Shown here: in pieces, positions 10,140-17,359 of the stretch
Position numbering within the stretch: position 1 is the stretch's first letter
How the letters are laid out: every line of letters starts with the position of its first letter
Assembly: GCA_947624815.1 (NCBI GenBank)
Contig: CANQME010000002.1
Span: forward strand, 4,261 to 68,260
Reading direction: 5' to 3'
Source of the DNA: an uncultured Lachnospiraceae bacterium
GTDB lineage: Bacteria; Bacillota; Clostridia; Lachnospirales; Lachnospiraceae
Length of the DNA stretch: 64,000 nucleotides
Program-made: the position numbers and the translations under genes
Notes under the pieces: model-generated
Database searches by the model: none
What the model saw: only the letters and a program-made list of their open reading frames with translations
Told to the model about the DNA's origin: nothing

Positions 10140-10168
10140 TTTACAAGTTCCCGTAAAAAAAGTATGAT
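10140..10168 (+). promoter_or_regulatory. sigma-A promoter for the RyR-DHH operon, back-to-back with the previous promoter
   Basis: TTTACA-17 bp-TATGAT. Confidence 0.6.
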
Positions 10169-10232
10169 GAAAAAAGCATAACCAATCCAAGGAATGTCTG
10201 GATGGAATGAAAAGAACAGGAGGCTTATCATA

Positions 10233-10544
10233 ATGAGCGAATATTATCCTGCCCCGATCGACACCAGCGGCGTAACCCTCTCGGAGGACCTTAAGGCCCT
10301 GACGGAACGGCTGGCGGAGAATGTCCACGAAAACTGGGCGCTGGGAAGATTAAACGACGGATGGACCTACGGAACGGTAAGAGACGACCTGCACAAGGAG
10401 ACGCCCTGCCTGGTTCCCTACGACCAGCTTCCGGAAAGCGAAAGGGACTATGACAGGAACACGGCCATGGAGACGCTTAAGGCCATCATCCGGCTGGGCT
10501 ACCGAATCGTACCGCAGAAGGAGGAATGCGCCGATGAAGCTTGA
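10233..10544 (+). CDS. Stand-alone RyR (ryanodine receptor repeat) domain protein
   Basis: Y.PAPIDTSGV.L...L.ERLAENVHENWA..R...GWTYG..RDD..K.TPCLVPYDQLPESERDYDR is the RyR repeat signature; AGGAGG RBS. Confidence 0.9.
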   Translation: MSEYYPAPIDTSGVTLSEDLKALTERLAENVHENWALGRLNDGWTYGTVRDDLHKETPCLVPYDQLPESERDYDRNTAMETLKAIIRLGYRIVPQKEECADEA

Positions 10545-12045
10545 AGATCTGCTCCGATTCCGTGAGATCGTGATCCAGTGCCACGACAATCCCGACGCGG
10601 ACGCCCTCGCCAGCGGCTACGGGCTCTTTACCTATTTCCGGCAGAACGGCAAGAACGTCCGGCTGGTCTACGGCGGCGCAAACGCCGTCAGCAAGCGTAA
10701 CCTGAAGCTGATGACCGACCTCTGCCGGATCCCGGCCAGGCATGTGCAAAGGCTGAAGGCGCCTGAGCTTCTTCTGTATGTAGACTGCCAGCCCGGCGAA
10801 AGCAATGTGCAGGACTTTCCGGCCCGGACCACCGCGGTCATCGACCACCACCGGGTCGCTCCCAACAAGAAGCTGCCCGAGCTTCAGCGGATCCACAGCA
10901 ATTACGGCTCCTGCTCCACCATCGTGTGGCAGATGCTGGAGGAAGCCGGATACCAGGTCAACGACAATCCGGACCTGGCCGCCGCCCTGTATTACGGCCT
11001 GTATACGGACACCGGACGGCTGCAGGAGATCTCCCACCCCATGGATAAGGATATGCGGGACTATCTGAACGTCTCGCCCAGCGTGATCACGCTGTTCCAG
11101 AATTCCAACCTGTCCCTCAGAGAGCTGGAGATCGCCAGTCAGGCGCTGGCCGGTTATCATTTCGATTCGAGATATCATTTTGCTCTGATCGACGCCGAAG
11201 CCTGCGATCCCAATATTCTGGGCGTGATCAGCGACATGATGCTGGAGGTGGACGTGGTCCGTACCTGCGTGGCGTACTGCATCCTGAACGGCGGCGTCAA
11301 GTTCTCCGTCCGCAGCTGCGTGAAAGAGACGCGCGCCAACGAGCTGGCCGAATTTCTGGCCGACGGCATCGGCAACGGAGGCGGCCACGCCAGAAAGGCC
11401 GGCGGCTTCCTAAACGGCGCATCTCTCTTCCCGAAGCGCGGCAACGCAGACCGGATCCACTCGGACGTGTTCCATCTCTTAAACCGGAAGATGAAAGAAT
11501 ATTTCCGCGCGGAGAAAGTGGTCCATGCAGGAGCCGGCCATTACGACTGGACGCAGGCCCCCATCTACCGCAAGAAGAGAGTTTCCGTCGGGTATGTGCC
11601 TTCGGCAGAGATGTTCCCGCCTGAAACCCCGGTCATGGTCCGTATGCTGGAGGGAGATTTCGAATTTAACAGAAAAGAAGACTATTTCCTGATGATCGGC
11701 ACGAGCCACGAGGTCTACACCTGCTCGAAGGAAGTCTTCGCCAAGAACTACGAGGCGACGCAGGAGCCCTACGTCATGGAACAGAACTACCGTTCCTTCG
11801 TGAAGAATCTGCAGACCGGCGAGAAGATCGATCTGGCTTCCCACGCAAAGGCGTGTATCCCGAAGGAAACCTCTCTCGTATACGCCTCCAGGCTGGAGGA
11901 AACGATCAAGCTCTTCCCGCTCTGGGATCAGGAAAACTACATGCTGGGACGCCCCGGCGACTGGATCGTGGCGCAGAAGGAGAACCCAAAGGATATCTAT
12001 ATCGTGAAAGAAGATATCTTCGACCGGCTTTACGAGGCCGTCTGA
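10534..12045 (+). CDS. DHH/DHHA1 phosphoesterase with two C-terminal PGDYG-like domains
   Basis: HDNPDADALAS, VDC, IDHH, GLYTDTG, GGGHARKAGG. C-terminal YRKKRVSV...MLEGD...EVYTCSKEVFAKNYE and GRPGDWIV...IYIVKEDIFDRLYE. Start overlaps the RyR gene end. Confidence 0.85.
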   Translation: MKLEDLLRFREIVIQCHDNPDADALASGYGLFTYFRQNGKNVRLVYGGANAVSKRNLKLMTDLCRIPARHVQRLKAPELLLYVDCQPGESNVQDFPARTTAVIDHHRVAPNKKLPELQRIHSNYGSCSTIVWQMLEEAGYQVNDNPDLAAALYYGLYTDTGRLQEISHPMDKDMRDYLNVSPSVITLFQNSNLSLRELEIASQALAGYHFDSRYHFALIDAEACDPNILGVISDMMLEVDVVRTCVAYCILNGGVKFSVRSCVKETRANELAEFLADGIGNGGGHARKAGGFLNGASLFPKRGNADRIHSDVFHLLNRKMKEYFRAEKVVHAGAGHYDWTQAPIYRKKRVSVGYVPSAEMFPPETPVMVRMLEGDFEFNRKEDYFLMIGTSHEVYTCSKEVFAKNYEATQEPYVMEQNYRSFVKNLQTGEKIDLASHAKACIPKETSLVYASRLEETIKLFPLWDQENYMLGRPGDWIVAQKENPKDIYIVKEDIFDRLYEAV

Positions 12046-12050
12046 CCAGG

Positions 12051-12102
12051 AAGGCCGCCGGAGCAGGTGAACCCTGAACGACTCACCTGGCCCGACGGCC
12101 TT
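12051..12102. terminator. Hairpin between the convergent DHH and TIR-FHA genes
   Basis: aaggccgccgg-agcaggtga ... tcacctgg-cccgacggcctt inverted repeat. Confidence 0.5.
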
Positions 12103-12117
12103 ATCTTTCACTTTATC

Positions 12118-13059
12118 TCATTCCTGACTGAAGTTCACGTTAAGGCTCAGATTACCGAGCTTCAGAAGACCTCCGTTTGTGAGGGGGACGGCTTCCGTCA
12201 CAGGCTTCCCGTCCAGATACGTTCCGTTGGTAGAATTTAAGTCCCGGATCATGACCTGATCGTCCTCCACATAGATCATGCAGTGCTTCCGCGATACGGA
12301 ATTCTCCCCGGTCAGTACGATCTGGCATCCGTCCTTCTGGCTTCTTCCGATCTGGACGCTCTCCAGCTCCGTAAGCTCGGCCTCGAAGCAGAGGTCCTGA
12401 CGGGTCGGACTGGTCAGTGTCAGAAGGTACCGGATCCCGGGATAACCGACAGCCAGCTCCGTCTCCCCTTCGTCGTCGCATTCCGCCAGTACGGTGGCGG
12501 ACAGATCCTCGTCGAACTCCTCTTCCGGTATCTCCTCCGATTCCGGCTGCGTCTTCCGGAATCCTCCGAAGATCCCCAGCTTCTCCCGGACCCCTCCGCC
12601 GCCAAACGGGAAGAGCCGGTTCTGTCCGCGGCATTTCTCAAGGTTGACCGTCGTATAAAGCTTGGCGAAGCTCTGCTCCTGGGAACCGTACTGGTTCCAG
12701 AAGATTGCCTGCATACGGCTGTTGCGCAGGGCCAGACCGCCCTCCAGATTCACGTCCTCCAGATAGATCAGAAGCCGGTTCCGGATACCCGCGTCCCTGG
12801 AACGGTTCAGCTCATCCTTGCAGTTCTCCGAATTCAGGTAGTTCCTGGTCAGAAACACAAAGAAGTAATAGCAGCCGCACAGACGCTGATCGATATAATC
12901 CGCCCACTCCGAGCCCGGCGCGATCCCCTCGTCATACCATACATAATACCCGTCCTCCTGCATGCGGGAGATGATCGGCCATACCGTCCTGCTGTCCATA
13001 TGGGAATAGCTGACGAAGATATATGGTTTGTTTCCTTTATACGATACCGGCTTCTGCAT
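12118..13059 (-). CDS. TIR domain - acidic linker - FHA domain protein
   Basis: YIFVSYSHMD, VWYDEGIAPGSEW, YLNSENCKDEL (catalytic Glu position retained); FHA motifs IGRS, SVSRKHC, DLNSTNGTYLDG. Confidence 0.9.
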   Translation of the reverse strand: MQKPVSYKGNKPYIFVSYSHMDSRTVWPIISRMQEDGYYVWYDEGIAPGSEWADYIDQRLCGCYYFFVFLTRNYLNSENCKDELNRSRDAGIRNRLLIYLEDVNLEGGLALRNSRMQAIFWNQYGSQEQSFAKLYTTVNLEKCRGQNRLFPFGGGGVREKLGIFGGFRKTQPESEEIPEEEFDEDLSATVLAECDDEGETELAVGYPGIRYLLTLTSPTRQDLCFEAELTELESVQIGRSQKDGCQIVLTGENSVSRKHCMIYVEDDQVMIRDLNSTNGTYLDGKPVTEAVPLTNGGLLKLGNLSLNVNFSQE

Positions 13060-13097
13060 TGTCCTGTCTGCGCCCCTTTGAATATCATGATAAGGAC

Positions 13098-13126
13098 ATT
13101 ATACTTGAAATGGCTCCTCCGGTCAA
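13098..13126 (-). promoter_or_regulatory. Near-consensus sigma-A promoter of the TIR-FHA gene
   Basis: TTGACC-17 bp-TATAAT. Confidence 0.7.
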
Positions 13127-13172
13127 TATCCGAGTTCCTAGATGATCCGGCCCCATCCCGAGCTTCCCTCTT

Positions 13173-14351
13173 TCAGTGATGGAACAGGCGGATCCCCGTA
13201 AATACCATGGCCATCCCGTATTTATCACAGGTAGCAATCACCTGGTCGTCCCTCACGGAACCGCCCGGCTCGGCTATATAGCGGACGCCGCTCTTCTTCG
13301 CGCGCTCAATGTTGTCGCCGAACGGGAAGAACGCGTCGCTTCCCAGCGCCACATCCGTCATCCGGTCGAGCCACGCCCGCTTCTCCTCGCGGGTAAATAC
13401 CGGCGGCTTCACCTTAAAGGTCTTCTCCCACACGCCGTCCGCCAGAACATCCATATATTCCTCTCCGATGTAAACGTCGATGGCGTTGTCACGGTCCGCC
13501 CGCTTGATGCCGTCCACGAACTGCAGCGACAGCACCTGCGGCGCCTGACGCAGAAACCAGTTGTCCGCCTTCTGTCCCGCCAGTCTCGTGCAGTGAACGC
13601 GGGACTGCTGTCCGGCGCCGATGCCGATGGCCTGTCCGTCCTTCACGTAGCAGACCGAATTGGACTGGGTATACTTCAGCGTGATCAGCGAGATCGCCAG
13701 ATCTCTCTTCGCCGCCTCCGGGATCTCCTTATTGGCCGTCACCACGTTGGACATCAGCTCGTCGTCGATCTTTAATTCATTGCGCCCCTGCTCGAAGGTA
13801 ATGCCGAACACCTGCTTTTTCTCGGTCGGATCCGGCTCATAGCTCTCGTCGATCCGGATCACGCAGTAATTGCCGTTCTTCTTGCTCTTCAGGATCTCCA
13901 GCGCCTCCGGCTCGTACCCCGGAGCGATCACGCCGTCGGACACCTCCCGCTTGATGATCCTGGCCGTATCCGCGTCGCACACGTCCGACAGGGAAATGAA
14001 ATCTCCAAAGGAAGACATCCGGTCCGCCCCACGCGCTCTTGCGTAGGCGCAGGCAAGAGGCGACAGATCGCCCATATCGTCTACCCAGTAGATCTTCTTA
14101 AGCGTCTCGTCAAGCGGCAGTCCCACCGCCGCTCCCGCCGGCGACACATGCTTAAAGGACGTGGCCGCAGGCAGTCCCGTCGCCTTCTTAAGCTCCCTCA
14201 CCAGCTGCCAGCCGTTGAATGCGTCCAGGAAATTAATGTAGCCCGGCCGTCCCGACAGCACCGTGATCGGCAGCTCCTTTCCGTTCTCCATAAAGATCCG
14301 CGACGGCTTCTGGTTCGGATTGCATCCATACTTTAACTCAAGTTCTTTCAT
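13173..14351 (-). CDS. purH: AICAR formyltransferase (PurH transformylase domain only)
   Basis: LKYGCNPNQ, SFKHVSPAG, QSNSV, GAGQQSR, SDAFFPF, PGGSVRD, RLFHH. No N-terminal cyclohydrolase domain. Confidence 0.9.
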   Translation of the reverse strand: MKELELKYGCNPNQKPSRIFMENGKELPITVLSGRPGYINFLDAFNGWQLVRELKKATGLPAATSFKHVSPAGAAVGLPLDETLKKIYWVDDMGDLSPLACAYARARGADRMSSFGDFISLSDVCDADTARIIKREVSDGVIAPGYEPEALEILKSKKNGNYCVIRIDESYEPDPTEKKQVFGITFEQGRNELKIDDELMSNVVTANKEIPEAAKRDLAISLITLKYTQSNSVCYVKDGQAIGIGAGQQSRVHCTRLAGQKADNWFLRQAPQVLSLQFVDGIKRADRDNAIDVYIGEEYMDVLADGVWEKTFKVKPPVFTREEKRAWLDRMTDVALGSDAFFPFGDNIERAKKSGVRYIAEPGGSVRDDQVIATCDKYGMAMVFTGIRLFHH

Positions 14352-14370
14352 CTCACGAATCCTCCTCTTC

Positions 14371-15084
14371 TTATACGTTCTTGTTCACGATCCTGGTCTC
14401 ATACGCGCCGGTGGCGATATCAATGAACCGCACAAACAGAGACACCTTGTTCTCCTCGTTCAGATTCTCCCAGACCATCTGCGTAAATTCATCGATGGTT
14501 CCGGCGATCTCCACCCGCTTCGGCTCGCCCTCAAAGCTGGGCAGGGGATTTCCGTCATGCATATACGTATGGATAAAATGACCCTCTCCCGCCAACGGCC
14601 TCTCATAGGCAAACGTATACCTCTGGCAGGACTGCGGATCACCGTCCGCGCTCTTTAAGATCGACATGGCGTAATTGTAGCCGCCGCCTTCCATATGCAT
14701 GATCCCTGAGATCCGCGGGGTATAATTGGGGCCGTCCGGCTCGAACTCCCGGGACCTCAGGCACTGCTCAAAGGTCAGCTGCTTATCCATGCCCTCATAA
14801 ATGGTATCCGTCTGGTCTCCGTTGGTCACGATGGTTTTATTGCCCAGCACGCGCACCGGCGCGTAGATGATCAGGCTGGGATCCTTCAGCTTCGCCGGGT
14901 CATACGCCTGGGTACGGATTCCCTCTCCGTCCTCCACGAACACGCGGTTGCGGCTGTTCTCGCTGCGTCCCATGATGAAATACGCCGTTACCGCCTTCGT
15001 GCCGTCCGCCGACTTGCCGATGACGATCCCGCGGCCGGGATACGCATTTTCCCTCAGCTCCTTCGCCAAATCCAGTTTCTGCAT
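14371..15084 (-). CDS. purO: IMP cyclohydrolase (PurO-type)
   Basis: YPGRGIVIG, YFIMGRSENSRNR, IVTNGDQTD, FEPDGPNYTPRISG; directly upstream of purH. Confidence 0.85.
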   Translation of the reverse strand: MQKLDLAKELRENAYPGRGIVIGKSADGTKAVTAYFIMGRSENSRNRVFVEDGEGIRTQAYDPAKLKDPSLIIYAPVRVLGNKTIVTNGDQTDTIYEGMDKQLTFEQCLRSREFEPDGPNYTPRISGIMHMEGGGYNYAMSILKSADGDPQSCQRYTFAYERPLAGEGHFIHTYMHDGNPLPSFEGEPKRVEIAGTIDEFTQMVWENLNEENKVSLFVRFIDIATGAYETRIVNKNV

Positions 15085-15203
15085 CGCTTTGTCCTCCTTA
15101 TATGGTGTGATCATGTGTGTCCGGGTTCCGCGTCATTTTTACCTCGCCCCTGATCCGCCCGCAGGCCGTGCCCGGGGCGGCGCCTACAGCTGCCTCTTGC
15201 GAT

Positions 15204-15243
15204 AAAAAACCGCCTGGACACCACAAACAGAATGCCCAGGCGG
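15204..15243 (-). terminator. Riboswitch expression-platform terminator
   Basis: ACCGCCTGGGCA...TGTCCAGGCGGT followed by a T-tract; its 5' arm overlaps aptamer P3. Confidence 0.8.
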
Positions 15244-15306
15244 TCGGCTTTTCAACATGCGTGCTCCCCCGTGGTTGCCCACTGACTCCGCCAGTCGCAC
15301 GCTCTG
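15233..15306 (-). ncRNA. ZMP/ZTP (pfl) riboswitch aptamer
   Basis: Minus strand GCGTGCGACTGGCGGA...CCACGGGGGAGCACGC...GCCGACCGCCTGGGCA matches the pfl consensus; lies upstream of purO-purH. Confidence 0.92.
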
Positions 15307-15402
15307 CCATTATCATAATGGAAATCGAATTCCATTGCAAGTACTATTTGACAATTTCTTCAAATTCCCGGATGATCCGTATGTCCTTCGGACATGCTTC
15401 CG

Positions 15403-15810
15403 TCAGCTCTTCCCGGTAAAATCATGGCCGCATTTACGGCAATGGATGCTGATCTTCCCATGTCCCCTCGGGATGCGCAGCTTCTGCCCGCAGTTGGGGC
15501 AGCGGAAGATCTTGTACTGTCTGGCCTCCTTCATACGGGCAGGCCATTTCTTCCAGCCTTCCGTGATCATAAACCGCAGATTCAGGTACTGCTGGTTCTC
15601 TTTGAAGCGCTTCCCCGTATTCTTCGAAAACATACGGAAATAGATCCAGACCAGCAACGCCAGCTCCGGTACAAACAGTATGCCTGTCCGCAAAAACAGG
15701 CTCACGACAACCAAAATCAGGATCAGCGCCGACAGGAAGCGGTTCAGTTCATCGGTGCCGTACCGGCCTACCATGAATCTGGCAAAGCTCACCTGCCATC
15801 TGTGCAGCAT
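15403..15810 (-). CDS. Membrane protein with C-terminal zinc ribbon
   Basis: FMVGRYGTDELN, two TM segments, CPNC...CRKC. Confidence 0.75.
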   Translation of the reverse strand: MLHRWQVSFARFMVGRYGTDELNRFLSALILILVVVSLFLRTGILFVPELALLVWIYFRMFSKNTGKRFKENQQYLNLRFMITEGWKKWPARMKEARQYKIFRCPNCGQKLRIPRGHGKISIHCRKCGHDFTGKS

Positions 15811-15870
15811 ATCTCTCCATCCACTGTTTCGTCTCATCCAGCCGCACCTCCCGCCTGCCGTTCGTTTCTC

Positions 15871-16494
15871 TTACACGCACTGAAGCACCGCGGTCTGCGC
15901 AGGCGTCTCCTTCGTCAGAACCAGCGTATTGGTATCATGGACCACCACATCGTCGCACAGGGACGTATAATTGTCCAGAGTAGCCAGCACATCGAATCCG
16001 AACTTCTCGCTCCGGTAGTGCATCGGTACCGTGACTCTCGGTTTCACCGCATCCACAACGGCCTTCGCCTGCTTCGCGTCGATCGTGAAGAAGCCGCCCA
16101 CCGGAATCAGCATCACATCGACGCCGGCCAGCGCCTCCCTCTGCTCTTCGGTCAGCGCGCAGCCCAGATCTCCCATATGCGCCAGGCGGAACGTGCCGTC
16201 GTCCAGAATATGGATCTTGTTCGGTCCCCGCTTCGCGCCCTTCACATCATCATGGTATGTATCCAGCACCGTCACTGTAAACGGAGATACGCCGCCCTTC
16301 TGCACATCGATCACTCCCACTGCGTTATGGTCGCCGTGGCCGTGGCTGCACAGCACCTCATTGGCCGCCGCGCGAAGCGGGCCCAGGCCCTGCACATAAC
16401 CGTCTTCATAAGGATCCAGAATGATCGAATAGCCCTGGGATTCCACCTTGAAGCAGGAATGCCCCAGCCATGTAACTGTCATCTTCTCTGACAT
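15871..16494 (-). CDS. MBL-fold metallo-hydrolase
   Basis: WLGHSCF, SHGHGDHN, HMGDLG, IPVGG, PMHY. Confidence 0.85.
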   Translation of the reverse strand: MSEKMTVTWLGHSCFKVESQGYSIILDPYEDGYVQGLGPLRAAANEVLCSHGHGDHNAVGVIDVQKGGVSPFTVTVLDTYHDDVKGAKRGPNKIHILDDGTFRLAHMGDLGCALTEEQREALAGVDVMLIPVGGFFTIDAKQAKAVVDAVKPRVTVPMHYRSEKFGFDVLATLDNYTSLCDDVVVHDTNTLVLTKETPAQTAVLQCV

Positions 16495-16640
16495 GCCATA
16501 TGCCTCCTTCTGTCCGATCGGACGTTTCATCAATCTATCAGAAATATCATACCACAGATTCCGGTTCCTCGCTACTTGTTTTGCGTAAATATATGTGGTT
16601 GCTCATTAGGGTGGAAATATTTATGCACATATTCGTGGAA

Positions 16641-17353
16641 GGGACGCAACGGGTACGCGAACGGAAGTCCCACCGTATGCGCTCATGGTTCCGGAGGGAA
16701 GAGTCTCTAAGACAAAAAAGTTCCGGTTTGGGGGCACTGTCAGATTCGCGAGAATTTCTGAAGAAATTCTCGCTCAGACTGACACTGCGTCCATGACTTG
16801 TGGTCATGGCCGCAGACCCCCAAACCGGCCCTTTTTTGCCTAAGATACTCTAACCCTCCTCCTCGAAATCGCGCATACGGTGGCACTTCCGTTCGCTGTA
16901 CTGTCGCAGGCGCTAGAGATAAAAGCAGATTGTTGCTGTTGTTTTACAGAATGCTGAGAATTAAGGCCCCTCGAAGGAATGGGGTGATTCGGATACAATA
17001 ATTCTGCCAAGAGTAATCAGCACACCACAAAGGAGCCGCTAAGCGGTTCGTCGCGCCCGCAAATAAACAGCGCGACAGGCGGGGATCGGGACACATCCTG
17101 GGCGCGATTTCACGGAGAAGGGTTAGTCTTTCTTAATGAAAAAACGACAGTTTGAGGGTCGACGCCCATGACCACAAGTCATGGGCGGAGCGGCAACCTG
17201 AGCGTGAACTCATCAAGAGTTCACGCGAATTTGCCGTTGCCCTCAAACTGACGTTTTTGAATTTAGAAAGACTTCCCTTCGGAGTCATGAGCGCACAGGA
17301 TGTGTCCCGATCCCCGCCTGTCGCGCGTACCTCCCGCGTATCTCCCGCGCATC
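16641..17353. mobile_element. Paired-hairpin element copy 1 (module A 16657-16896, module B 17070-17326); putative non-autonomous element
   Basis: Near-identical inverted copy at 31395-32260. Each module is a long interrupted stem capped by two small hairpins. Mobility is inferred from the dispersal. Confidence 0.7.
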
Positions 17354-17359
17354 CCCTCA

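Noticed and set aside
12118-13059. Calling the TIR gene part of Thoeris, CBASS or Pycsar
   Set aside because: No SIR2/SLOG/Macro effector, cyclase, STING or SAVED domain nearby.
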